Part shown: one piece after another, positions 24,437 through 37,596 of the stretch
Layout: the number at the start of each line of letters is the position of its first letter
Numbering within the stretch: the first letter of the stretch is position 1
Assembly: GCA_001643675.2 (NCBI GenBank)
Contig: LSRY02000013.1
Location: forward strand, 1,178,001-1,242,000
Source of the DNA: Monocercomonoides exilis PA203
Taxonomy: Eukaryota > Protista > Preaxostyla
Direction: 5' to 3'
Length of the DNA: 64,000 nucleotides
Notes under the pieces: model-generated
What the model was told of the DNA's origin: nothing
The model's database searches: none
Seen by the model: only the letters and a program-made list of their open reading frames with translations
Made by a program: the position numbers and the translations under genes

Positions 24437-25835
24437 TCAACACACCGAAAAAGAAGAAAGAATTGCTCTTGCGCTCTGGATGACTCCATAAAATGATATT
24501 TTTAAGAAACTGACAATGTTCTCTTCGAATCCGTCTTCCTCTATTTTGTCAATTAGCATTTTCTTCTCCTCCTTCCTTTTTGCTTCAGCGCTTTCATCGA
24601 GTTTCATTCCATGAAATCTGCCCAAAAGAGACACGAGCACACTCAAGCTTCTGTAAATTGAGCATACATCTAATGATGATTGGTTATTAATCTCTAAAAG
24701 CATATCAGCAACTCCTCCTTTCAAAATGTCTTCCATGTCCACTGCTCTTGAAAGTGCCATCTTCCCAATCACTTTCGTGCAAATATCGGAAATTGTTCCG
24801 TTGTAACCATTTGCTTTGTTGTGCAGCTTTATTACACACGCAACCAGCTCAGCGCTTCCGCTTGAACGAACATTTCGCAATTCATAACTCTTCTCGATTG
24901 TGCAAAGCCATCTCTTTGCAACGTAGTATTCTTTTGTCTCTTTCATTTCGAATTCATTCGTCTTCCATTCCACTTGCTTTATCAGTTCTTCCATTTCTCT
25001 TGTTGCTTCTTCCACAAAATGTAGTTCATTCATTAGCGGTTCTAAATTCTCGCTTTCGAATAATCTGCTCATTATAAATTGCCAAGCTGACTGATAAGCA
25101 AGATGTGTCAAATTTCGATGCTCTTGATGATAACGAATAATTTCTGCAATCTCATTCAGATAGATCTTTTTCTTAACTTTCCATCAAATGTTTATACAAA
25201 AGCAATGAAGAAGATTCGCAAAATGATTCAAACCAGATGGTCACATATGCAACTTAAAGCCAATAAAGCCATTTCCACCTCTATTTGTGCTTTCTCTCCT
25301 TTCTCCTGGCTCGAAGCTCCTTTAAACAGGCAATTCACACAAAAAGAATCAAATGTCCTTTGAAAATAATCGGAATCTTCTCTTAATGTGAGATAGCACT
25401 CAAAAATAGCAATAAACAGCTTTTCATTTCTTTTGTCTTTTGCTTTCCGATTTTCATTCTTGAGCATCTTTTCGAATTTCATCTTCAGCAATGATTTTTC
25501 AAAACAGGAGTTTTGAATGCCTTTCATCTGTTTGTAGCGTCCAACATGCTTTAGCAAATCCAAGGCATTCTCAAGAGACAATTTCTCTTCATCCATCATT
25601 TTGTTTGTTTCATTGAACAAATTTTTCGTTATAATATTCTGCATCTTCCACTTTTTCATCTCCTCCATCATTTCGTTCATTTTTGATATCTTCACATTTT
25701 GCTCTGAATAGGAGCAAGTTTTCAATTCAAAAAATTCTTCTAAGAAAAAGTATGAAAAGCAAAGGTTTCTAAACATAATATCATTTGAAAAATAATTCTA
25801 AGCATACTCCAAAACATATCTTTTTGCTGTGCCAT
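24437..25835 (-). CDS. 'LAYQSAW'-family protein (lineage-expanded helical protein of unknown function), 3 exons
   Basis: ORFs 25228-25776 (...EVEMALLALSCI) and 24437-25111 (HLAYQSAWQF...NELHFVEEATRE) share the family layout. Start inferred. Confidence 0.75.
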
Positions 25836-26749
25836 CAGTTTCGGTGAAATTATTCCACAAATACATAAACAAGGTGCGTTTTTAAAAAAATTTTTTGTGT
25901 TGAAAGCATGCAAATCACCACTTGCTGGAAAATTCAGAAAGAAATTGAACAATCACTCAAACATGTTCCATTGCCTGTCTCTTTTTAAAGTCAGAGCTCA
26001 AAAGTCTTGAAAATTGATAACACAAATAAATGTTAAGGGAACAAATAAATTGAATGATTATTTGTTTAATAGATAAATTGTGAAATAAAAATATATTTCA
26101 AAATAAACTATTTATTTCAAGATCCCCCAGTAATTTTAAATTAAAGGCAGTGTTTTTAAGAAAAACCAGTTTTTTTCAATTGTGACCTGACAGTCTTGCA
26201 TTTATCAAAAAACAATGTTTTGAGGGTGGAAGTCAAAAACGCATCAACATTAAATATTACGTTATATTTTAAGCAAATAAAGCATTTTTTGCTTGTTTTC
26301 CAAAAAAGCTTGATCTTTTAACATGAAAGTGAAAAAATATCATTTTTTCACAAAATAATTAATTCAAACATGAAGACAAATGTTATACAAAGAATTGAAT
26401 CCATTTAAAAATGAGTTTGAACTTATTTATATTTAAATACACATTTTTTGAATTCAAAAATTTCAGTTTTTAATTGTGACAGTAAAATAAACAAAAACGA
26501 TTGATTCTGTTTTAATCAACAAACAATATAAAACAATACTATATATTTCTTAGTCATATTTTGAGTTATTCTGATTGATTAACATAAAGTTATGCAAATG
26601 ATCAATATATTTTCATGATTTTCCGACATATATTGTATGAAAACAATAATACATTCAAAAACTGAGTGACATCAACTGCTTATATCTATAGTTAATATTT
26701 TTTATTAATGTCGTTCTCTTCTTTCAAGATTTCTCTCATTTTGGTTTTG

Positions 26750-27860
26750 AAAATAGATATTGAATCTTTCTGTATTTAACGCTTTTGCTAATATAAAAAA
26801 TATTCAAAAATACAAAATTCTTAGCTGGTGCGAAACAGTTATTAAATGAATTATTGAATCTTATAAATCATTCTTTCTTTTTTTTCGAAGACAATAGCTT
26901 TTTGAATTTGGACTTTGTTAAAAGAAACAGCAGAAACAGAAAGTTTTCAGAATGAAAGGACTGATTGATTTTTGTGTGTGTTTCATTTATCTGAGCTGCA
27001 TATTCATTAATATTTCTTTTGATTTACGTGGTTTGTCTTTTGAAAGTTTCCTATGAAGAAAGAAGAAAATAATTAAACTCAAAAGAAGTGGAATTATCAA
27101 AGCTGATGGTGAGCAACGTTGATATGTGGAAAGTTTGTAATCGAATTATTTTTGTTCATTTATTAATTTCTTTCTCGTTGTTTGAAAGCATGTTGAACAA
27201 GAATTGCATTTGAAGGAGATGGCAGAAGTCATTCAAAATCATCGAGAACATCGAAACTCGAAACGCCTTATCAATCAGTTTGTTTGACAGTTATTGATAA
27301 GCATTTAAGTTTTCAACGAGATTACAAAGATGTAATTTCAAAAGAGTTAAGTTTTGGAAGAGATGCAAGAGAGAATTGTCAGAGTTTGAAAAGGGTTTTG
27401 ATTGGCAGAGGAAGGGACAAATGAAAGTGGGAAAAGAAGACTAAGTGAAATGTTGATAATTATTGCATCAAAGCATTATCTTTGCTTTTACCAGTTGAAG
27501 AATGAAGAATTTGAAGTGCTCACGTGCATCGTTGTATGGAATTCAGGGAAGCTAAGTGGGATGATGGAGAAATCAGCAAGCAATGCATGAATTTTCTTAA
27601 ATGCGCAGTTGATAATCAATATGTGAAGCTGAAGTTTTGTCAGAAATCTGAGAAGCCGATGCAGTCTTGGTGAAAAAGATCGATCAGATGAGCATATGAG
27701 GGACTTGTGGATGATACAAAGATTTTCTAAAATATTCATGCAAAACCGAAAATACGGAGAATGAAAGCCTCTTGGCAAAACGAAAAGTTACGAAACTTTT
27801 GTTATTGAAAAAGATGGAAAAAGAAGTGTTCGATAATTGCATTGTTGTGAATGGTGATAA
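26750..27860 (+). pseudogene. Highly decayed 'LAYQSAW'-family copy
   Basis: 'aaagaagtggaa' (KEVE), 'gaattgcatttgaaggagatggcagaagtcattcaaaatcatcgagaacat', 'gccttatcaatcag' and 'atggaaaaagaag'. Many stops. Confidence 0.65.
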
Positions 27861-28559
27861 ATTTGAAAATGGATTGTTTTTTCAAACAAATTACTAAATA
27901 TGAAGTTGTTTGTTTTTGAGTAACTAGTTTTTTGAAATTTTTCTTTTTATTTGACTTGAGAAGAACATTCAATTGCCTGAATTTCAAAGAAATATTTTTA
28001 TTTGAAAAATATCTATTTTAAAACTTAAACATAAAAATCACGAGTCTTTTAAAGTATTTGCAATCTTCAAAAATTCATTAAAACAACATTTTTCAAAAAT
28101 GAAATGTGAAACTTTTCACTTTGAACTTTCACAAGTGAAAAAGATTACAAAATCATGTTTTGAGAAATCATTAACGCAAGTGAAAAGTATTTTCTTTTTT
28201 TTAAAAAACATTCGAAAGAATTATGAATTTTGAAAATCGTTAAAATATAGCGACTTCATTGCTTCTGCAACATTTTCTTGCATTTTTGAACTGAATTCTT
28301 TCGTCTTTATTGACTTGCGTAAATTGAATTTTGTCACCTCCATGATCAGCCGTTTGATTCCTGCTCGCAGCTTGCCTTCATTTCTGTAGACTTGACAATT
28401 GTCCCACAACTGCTATCATAAAACTTTCTATCTTCTTTTGGAATGCTCCATGAAATGAAAGTTCCCAGTTTCTGTAAGCTCCATCACCACATTAGATGAA
28501 TAACCAGTCGTTGTTTTGCAATAAATCTTTTTGAAATTCATTCTTAAATGGTATCTCGA

Positions 28560-29280
28560 TAAACTGAACACTTCTTCTGTTTTTGAAAGAAGAAGAAGAA
28601 AGTGAACTCGTCCCAATCACATTCACCTCTTTCCCTCTCCCTGTATTAATCATCTTCTTTTCCTCAATGCTTTTCTTCTTCTCTTCTCTTATACGCTTCC
28701 CTTATGCAACGTTATCGAGAAGCTCAGCTGCACCATGCTCGACTCCACTGCATGCCCCACTGTCTTGCAAGGTGCTGCCTCACTCATCCCACACAGATTG
28801 TTTGTATCATCTCCACTCACCCCAACATACCGATCATTCATCCCTTCCTTCAGCCAATCCTTCTTTTCTGTATGCTGATATGCTCCATTTTCTCAATAGC
28901 ACACTTTCTTATCGTTGCTATTCGTTGTGGACGATTCATAGAACGGATTGTCCGACGAGAAGAGATTGTAATCATCTTCACTATAAACATCGTGTCCATA
29001 TGAAGTGGAAGTAGTTGTGCATCTGCTATCATGGAAGAAGAAGAAGAAGTAGCAATAAAGGTTGTTGCTTGGGATTGTTTGTTGATTTGTTTAAAATACA
29101 ATCCTCCACCTGTTGATGTTGTGTTTCACGAAATAAACTGGATGTTCCTCATTTTGAATGCAGCTGGAACACCATAACAATACATCCTTCCACCATTATT
29201 ATTTGTGAGTGTACACGAAGTGAATGAGCACTCAAACACACATGCACTCTCTCCATTACCGTTCGCAATTCCAAGACAGA
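28560..29280 (-). pseudogene. Decayed fragment paralogous to the beta-helix surface receptor at 56360+
   Basis: Minus strand reads ESACVFECSFTSCTLTNNNGG... and 'aaaagaaggattggctgaaggaaggg', matching ~57795-58330. Confidence 0.75.
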
Positions 29281-30439
29281 TTTTCAGTTCTGAAAAATTT
29301 TGAGAATAAGTCGTTTTTCATTGTTTCTATAGCATTTCTTCTTTCAACTAAATTCACTCTTCAAATTTAGGATTTCATCTTCATATGCCCAAATTTTCAT
29401 AAATATAATCTTATCTTTTTGTCGAATTTCGCGCAAATCATTTGACATAAAATCCTTTTGACAGAATTTCACGCTTTCTTTTTTTTGGAAGACCATAACT
29501 GTTTGACAAAAAATATTTGGAAATGATTTCTTCGAGTCATTACAAAATAAAATCGATAATTTCTGTTTTCCACATGTTTATTTTGACAAAAGAAGATCAT
29601 TGAATATGTAGATACGTTTATAGGGAAATCTTTTGTGATTTGTCAAAAGCTTTAGAAGTAAGGAATCAACAATTACCATTCAAGCAAACTGATGATATTT
29701 GAAACGAATGGGAACAATCTTCATATATATATTTCGTTTTTTGCAATCTTAAAACTTTTTTCATTATCACAAACAAAAAAAAAGTTTCCAATAATTAATC
29801 TAATGCAAATTTTCATAATAAAGATAGGTCAAATATTCAAATTCAAAATATAGTTGAAACCATTTTTATATCAAAAATATTTTTATTTAATGTTTTTAAA
29901 AAACGTCCAGTAGATTTAAGTTTTTCAAGGTTATTTCAAAATAACTGGGTTAATTCAAAATTCGTGGCTGAAACTTGAAATAACACAAATAATTTGAAAT
30001 AACCAATTCATTTCACATTTTATCTAATGAAAGATGCAATAATCTTCGGTTTTAAATATGGGACAAATAATGAATACATATTGATAAAACGAATAAGGAA
30101 AAATTTTGACAATCAATGTTTTTCAATGAAAAAAAAGGGATATAAAAATTCGTGTCGTTCCCTTTATTTTTTTTTTTTGTTTTGTTTTGTTTTGTCTTGT
30201 TTTGTTTTGTTTTGTTTGTTTGTTTGTTTGTTTGGTGTGTCACAAATCAGGGACAATGAATAAACTTCAGCAGTTTTTATTATTTCGTTCATTAAATAAA
30301 TTAAATAAAGAAAAAAAAAGAAGCTTTTTTAATTATATTGTATGTTTCTTAAAAATATGAGCAAAAAATTATGTCAAAATATAATTTGTTTTTATATTTT
30401 TTAAGAAAAATAAGGGTGAACATCTTTATCAATGTGATC

Positions 30440-31860
30440 AGTTGGATGAGACGATATAAAAATTTTTCCAGGAAAAAGGCTTTGCTGGATCTATTTTTTT
30501 TTCTGAAAATTTAATCCATTCTGGTTTCTTCTCAGATACTTTTGATAACACAATTTCCGGATTGAATGGTCATATTTCTGAATCTCTGAATGAAGCTTTT
30601 ATTGTTGAAGACTTGAATGCTGAGTGTAATGAATTAATATATTTGTCGAGAAATGATTTTCTTTTTTCACTCTCATAAGGATCAGGCGTTTAATAATTCA
30701 TTGTTCTAAGCGAATTTTTGAATGTTGCGTTGACATATAGATCCAATGGCTGGGCGAGATGTGAAGTATGAGATGGTGGGAAGCACAAGTCAATGTTATG
30801 AATTTTTGATTGTTGCATAATCTGAGGGGACAAATGGGCTGCAAGAGAATCCATAAACAGCAAACAGTGTGTGTTCTTTTCACACAAAATAATTCTTCTG
30901 TGAATAATGGAGTGTTTAATTACTCTGTAAAATATCATCTGGAAGCTTTCTTTCGTCATTGCGCAAGTTTCATCAGTAGCAAATCTCAACTGGGGCTCGC
31001 TTGCTTTTTGAAATTCAATAGAAAGCTTTTTTGCTTTCATTTTTGTGACAACAGGATACCTCACACCATCGGCTGAAATAAGGAAGAGAGAAGAAATTGA
31101 TGGAGGTAAGACTGGTTCCGGAACAAAGGGCACATGCATCTTCATTATTTACCACTTTGACAGGCCTGACATCAGAAACAGATTAATACACTTCATCAAG
31201 ATTAAAAATGAGTTCAGGCAAATATCTGAACTCATTATATAATGATTTAACTTTTTCGAACCATGGAGCAAGACACTCTTTTGTTGAGTGTGCTGCTCGA
31301 GCAGCTGGAAGTTTCATTGGATGTTTGGAAAACAAATCTGATTGATCATTCAAAAATCGATAGAGCCATGTCCTTGATATTAGTGTTTCATCCATTGGTT
31401 TCCCTGAACTTTCAGATATTGTCAATTGAGCCTGAAAATACAGTGAAAGAAAAAATAACAAAACAATAAAATATATAACGATATACCATCTCTCTAACTT
31501 GCTTTGCGCAAGGATATGCACCTTGCCTGACTTCCTCCTTTATTGATTCTTTCACAATTGATCTGTTTTGTTGGTTTAATTAAGGAGGTCGTCCAACAGA
31601 GCACACATCTCTTCCATTTGATTTCGCTGAAAGTGCTCTGTAAAAGCTGCTTTTATGAATTATTCCTGAGTCGAATAATTATTTTTTGGTTATCACTCTT
31701 TTTTCGACAAGATCAAGTGCTTTTTTCATAATTGCCTCTCTATTTCCCTTTCATTCTTCAAACATGATTGGAATTACATCCGTATTGATGCATTTCATAT
31801 CCTTTTCATCAATAAAATCATGATCATCTTCCATCAACGTCAATTCAACTTCACCCATTT
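30440..31860 (-). pseudogene. DDE_1 (pogo/Fot1-like) transposase relic
   Basis: ELIFNLDE, LISADG and FMDSLAAH-x-PSHTSHLAQPLD (35-residue D-D spacing). Frameshifts and stops. Confidence 0.85.
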
Positions 31861-32199
31861 TTAATTTCTTTCATTTATAGTGCAACTTGGGATTATTTAT
31901 TATTTTCAATAATGGTTATTGAAATATTCTCCCTAAACAAAAATAATTTATTCAGAAAGTCTTTTTGATAATGAAAACAAGACATTATTATAATTTGAAA
32001 TAAACAAGGCAATGCCCAAATAATATGTGGAATCCTTCTTCTGTTGTGCAACTCCAGTTTGGCTCTTTTTTATGAAAATACAAGAGGAGGTTTGTTAATA
32101 TTTTTTATGTTGACTGAAACAACAGTTTTTAAGCTAGAAAAAGCAATAACTGTGATTTATGAAATGGCGCTTCTTTGTATCTGAAATTTTCGATTAATT

Positions 32200-32453
32200 G
32201 GGTGATTATTTTTGAAATTATAACTTTTTTCTGGGTGTTTATTTTACAATGGTTTTCATTGTTTGGTTAGAAGGGTTTCACAAAAATGGTTCATCCATTT
32301 TTATTGTTTCAAAAAACCGATTTTTTAATGAAAGTGAGAAATTAATACTACAAATTTTTCGATAATTTGTCGGTGTTTAATCACAACTATTCTTCACTAA
32401 ATTACGAACCGAATTTTTTTAATGAAAGAATATGATTTCAAAAATAATCACCC
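32200..32453. mobile_element. ~250-bp MITE-like element, copy A
   Basis: gggtgattatttttgaaattata ... tatgatttcaaaaataatcaccc inverted repeat, with AATT on both flanks. Confidence 0.7.
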
Positions 32454-33842
32454 AATTATTATTTCAATTTCCCTTGATTTGTTCGATATTTTGATAACCT
32501 CGCATTCTGAATCTCTGCATCCGTTAAATTCCAAACATTCAACTATTTTTAATAATCCTAGGATGAAAGACACTATTCCAGTGAAAAATTAAAGTCACAT
32601 TCAAATTGAAAAAAAGTCATAAAGAAACTAATTAATGCAAACTTCTTCTGCCAAAGTGTTTAATATTTTTTCGCATCACTCGAAATTTGCACATTCGAGT
32701 ATAAATTTTTGAATAACTGAATAGCTGTTAAAATATATAATAAAGTAAAAAATTTTCAACGATCAATATGTTAATCCAACTTTGATAACAAAAGGATTTT
32801 TGGATATCAAATGGAATCGATTAGTGACCACAATTATTTCTTTATTCTTTGCGATATTACAAAATAACAATGAACTTTTCTACATTGCACGTTCACTTTT
32901 TATTTTTGATAATGAAGATTGCTGATATGTAAATAAATAAGGTATTTATTTGTGAATGAAACCTTTTGTTCACATTGAAAAACAAAACGGGTTTCATTTA
33001 TGAAAACGCTTTTATTCGCTCAAACTCGTATTGACAATAACATTATTCCATTGTTTTTGACACAATAACACACGCTTGGAAAAAAAAAGTTTGATTGAAT
33101 TAGATATTCAGGAAATATAAAAATCAGAGAAACATTTGATTTGGATATTTCATTAGAAACAACAGCAAACCAATTTCAAATCACTTTCTGCAGTTCAATT
33201 GCACAATGACATCACAAGCGAGAAAATTTCTCCTTTCATTTTTTTGAAAAGTTTTTCAACATATTTTTTTCGATCATTTACACCAAAAATATTTCAATTT
33301 TGAAAAAGAATAAATCAATTTCGAAATTAATATAAAACAAAATTTTCTTCCATCTTGAGAATGGATTTCAGAAAATTTCAAGTTGTTATTTAATAAATCA
33401 AATATTATGACTCAAATAAAACTGTTTCTTCAAGTTGAAACAATCTTTAAATCAATTTTTCGAATTTATTTTTTAAAAAAAACATAAATCATCCTCTGAC
33501 GATAAATTAATGGCAAATAATTCATTCTATTGAATAACCAAACAAAAATATTAGTTTATCAATCACATTTATTGAATTGCATAAAACATAAGTTTTATTA
33601 CCAATAATTAAAACAAGTCTCTTTGGTGAAAAATGAGAAAAACAACAATTTTTTGTATGAAAATGAATTCATTTCCTTATTAATTAACTTCAATTAAAAT
33701 ATTTTCGTTCAAAATAAATAAATTTTGATAAAATGAAAAAACGTCATTTTTGAAATATTGGTGAACAAAGTGAATAGATAAGTGAAAAATAAAGAGAATT
33801 ATTACTCAAAAACGCAAGTTATTCATTCATCAAATCAAAAAA

Positions 33843-33970
33843 ATTATTGTTTCGAAATCGATTTATTTTTTTTCGAATTAGAATTAATAAATAACGAAAT
33901 AGAATAATTAATTTTTGATAATGAATTATTTTTTTTCGAAAATGAATTATTATTTTTGGAATTTGAAATA
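33843..33970. repeat. Degenerate ~21-bp tandem minisatellite (~6 units)
   Basis: Units resembling tattttttttcgaaaatgaat. Confidence 0.6.
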
Positions 33971-34431
33971 TTTTTTGTGTATTCATTATTATTGAAATTT
34001 GTCCCATGTTTCCCGGATTTGTGACAAATTGTTCACAATTTTTCTTTTTCTTTTCTTTTCTTTTCTTTTCTTTTCTTTTTTTTGAATGAGAAATGATTTA
34101 TGAGACCATATTATTCCTATCTGAATTTTTGATATAATAATTCGTATTGAAACATTTTGAATGAACATAATTAAGTTATTTCGAAATTGTTGGATTATTT
34201 CATCACAGTCCTTCTCTAACCTTAATTTATGAAAACAAAATTATTCAACTCACATTTGAATAAGAATCAATTCTCAATAACAGATAACATTTTCGAAATA
34301 ACCATTCAGAAATAGGTCATGAATTCAAAAATTATCACACAGATCCATAATTATTGTAATGATATTGCTACAAACCAAAAATTAAATTCGACAAGTGTTA
34401 TTTCGAAAATTATTGTATATAGTTGGTGTTG

Positions 34432-34822
34432 ATAATAGTGGACTCTATCAATAACTGTGGACAGTTGTGTTATCTCAACAACCATTGACACTTGCATTTT
34501 GACAATAAACTAAATTATTCACATTTGATATTTTTTTAAATAAACACTTATAAGACATTCAGAAATGAAACAACTTGCTTTAAAGAATGAAAAACTTAAC
34601 ATTTTCAATTTTTGAGAAACTCGGAGAATCTTATTTCTCCTTGTTTCTCCGAAAATATAAAATGTGTCTTTCTTTATTCAAAAAAGTTTATTGATTCATT
34701 TTCATATGATACATAAGTTTGTATTCAATAAGTGAATAATATGGTTTATTGTCAAAATGCAACTGTCAATGGTTGTTGAGATAATGCGACTGTCAACAGT
34801 TATTGAACATGTCCACCATTAT
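34432..34822. repeat. ~390-bp imperfect palindrome (foldback/MITE-like)
   Basis: 'ttatctcaacaaccattgacacttgcattttgacaataaac' pairs with 'gtttattgtcaaaatgcaactgtcaatggttgttgagataa'. Weaker pairing continues to a centre near 34630. Confidence 0.8.
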
Positions 34823-35060
34823 TTTCACTGACAATATTATTATAAGGTTGGATGCATAATGTTTTTGAATATTAATTTTTCTGAAAAGAAACCTGTATTT
34901 TTTGATTTGTTTTTTTTGATCAATGAATCGCACGTGTATCCACAAGCTTTAGAAAAGTGATATTTTTCTTGTTCGCATTATTTTTTAAATCTCCTTTTGA
35001 ACTTTTTTTGAAATTTCTGAACCTAAAATACTCTTTTTTTATCAATAGTTTTCGCACTTC

Positions 35061-35117
<57 letters not shown>

Positions 35118-36937
35118 AAAAACTCTTTTGTTTACGAATAAAATTAATAATTTCTTTGATTTCATGAAACAATCATGCGACATCAATTAATGAAATATTA
35201 CATATATCGGGGAAAATACTGCCATTCAAACTTTTTTTTTACACAATGAATACAATTTTTGTTTCAATGTTGACTTAATATCTCACAATCAGATTTCATA
35301 ACAAATATAATTATCAAATCTGTTAACATGTCCTAATGATATAACAAAAAATGTTTTGCTTCCTCACACTTATTTCAAAAGAAGAATCCATATTATTTGA
35401 ATTTTTGTTTTGAAAAAGTTCATCCACAGATCAAGACTTTCAGCGAAAATGTGGAAAAAAATGCAATAATTTGTTCCATTTTTTCCAATTTCTGTTAATT
35501 TGAAAAAAGCATGAAGACTATTGTGAAAAAATGTGTTTGGAAATGATTAAAAACAGTCAAAATCGAATATAATCATATCGTGTTTTGGACAACTTTTAAT
35601 AACTATATCCGATTGTGATAATAATTGATGTCTATTGACACAGGAATTAATTGAAAATTATTTTTGACAAAATTTATTTTATGGATAATTTTTTATTTTC
35701 TGAATTTTATAACAAAAACTTATCTAAAACATCGATTCCAATTATTTCTTTTTGCAATGTTATTCAGACAAACATTAACAACACTTTGCGAAATTGAATC
35801 TTTGAAATTTTTGATCTAAAAATCAAGACCTCTGTGACACGACAAGAGAAATTTGAAACAATTAAAAATTGGCTACAAATAATCTTATCAATTTGTGAAA
35901 AATTGAAAATTTTAAGGGTTTCCACAATTTTTGATCATGCAATAATGTTATCAATGAATCAACATATAACGATTCAATAAATTCGTCAAAAATCTAATTT
36001 ACAAATTTGACAATCATTCTTCCAACAGTTATTTTTTTTATTGACTGGAAATGACAGTTGAGGAATTTAAATCATATTATATCTTTGACAGTCAATGACG
36101 GTCAATGACAAAATGGAAAATGATAGGTATTTCCGATGCAATAAAAATAATTTTCAGCAAAGTTCTTTATTAAGTCTCGAGAAGTCTTTAATGTTATGTG
36201 CATAATTTCATTTTCACATTATTAAATCTATCAAATCATTATTGAAATTGATTTTTTTGAAAGAGAATAACAATTGTCAGAATGAAGCAACAATCAGTGA
36301 AACAAATGCCAATGAAACGAAAAACAAACAAAATGAATTTTCTTTTAGTCGATGGAAAATAATTGTATCCAAAAGGCTTGAACAATGAAAAGATCCAGAA
36401 AATATTAATGATCCAATGCAGTTTCAAGAGATAAATATAAGAAGCTGCAAAATAATAAAAATAAAAAAAAAATTAAAAAAACGATATAAATAAAAAGATA
36501 AAAATAATGATTCATTGTTTTCAAGAATGAAATTTCCCCATCGTTGTTATCTCTATCATAATCAAGAGTTTCGAATGGGTAATTCTTTTTGAAAAGTCGC
36601 AAATGTTCAATTTTCAAATTACAAAAAATTTCATATTTTGCTCAAATTTCTGTTTCTGCTCACGAATCTTCTTTGGAATGAATAAAATAACACCATCCAG
36701 AAATATATTCATTATTAATGAAGTTTGGTATAAGTTAACAAAAATTTGAGTAAAATATGACATTTTTTATTTGTTTAAATATCATTCATTTGCGACTTTT
36801 CAAAAAGAATTACCCATATTTTTATTTGATTAATCGATCTGGCAACTTCATTTTCATTTCCTTCATTTTCGAACATCAAGCTCCTTTTGATTTTCGATTC
36901 TGATGCAACAACAGTGAAAGAAGTGATGATGACTTTA

Positions 36938-37190
36938 GTGATTATTTTTGAAATCATAACTTATTTCTGGGTGTGAAAAATTTTTAAAATTTTTTTGTCA
37001 TTGGAAAGTATTTTTGAATTCAGATGCTTAATATATCCCAATTGTTTCATTAAAAAATGTCTTTGCAGTAATAAAGATGATGACGTCTTCATTAAGTCAT
37101 TTCATTTTTCAGTGTTCATTTGTGAATGTTCAAAGAAAGCTTTCGATAAGAAATATTTGAATGAAAAATTATGACTTCAAAAATAATCAC
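36938..37190. mobile_element. ~250-bp MITE-like element, copy B
   Basis: gtgattatttttgaaatcataa ... ttatgacttcaaaaataatcac. Same TIR, length and 'ttctgggtgt' subterminal motif as copy A. Confidence 0.7.
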
Positions 37191-37596
37191 ACACTTAGAA
37201 GAATTTACGAATATGAATAATTTTCAGGACAATCAAAGTGTCAAATAATTTTTCATATTTTGCTCAAATCGCTCACTAAACAAATGAAGCACCTGAGTGA
37301 AGTGGAATCAGAGAAGAGAAGTGTTCAATTCTGCAGAAAGAAATGAAAACTTCAATGAGGAAATGTGAGAAGATGGAAGAGGAAAAAGGAAGGAAATGAG
37401 ACAGAAAAAGCACAGAATAGAAGGCCTGTGAATCCGAAATGTGGAAACAGGATGCAAAGAATACATGCTGTCGCAGAGAATCAACATTCGATTATGGAAT
37501 AGTGTTATGATTTTTTTTATTGACCTATTTTAAAAAAGACATTATATCGTCTTATTAAAAACTTTTCCTTCAATTTCGTATTTTTAAAGAATTTTT

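Larger units (their letters stand above)
30238..34026 (-). mobile_element. Second pogo-like (DD35D) transposon family, degenerate; candidate 16-bp TIRs
   Basis: tgtcacaaatcaggga (30238-30253) and tcccggatttgtgaca (34011-34026) are inverted (15/16) and bracket a DDE_1 relic. Confidence 0.5.

Noticed and set aside
33843-33970. Periodic repeats as a CRISPR-like array
   Set aside because: Degenerate head-to-tail units with no unique spacers, eukaryotic context and no cas genes.
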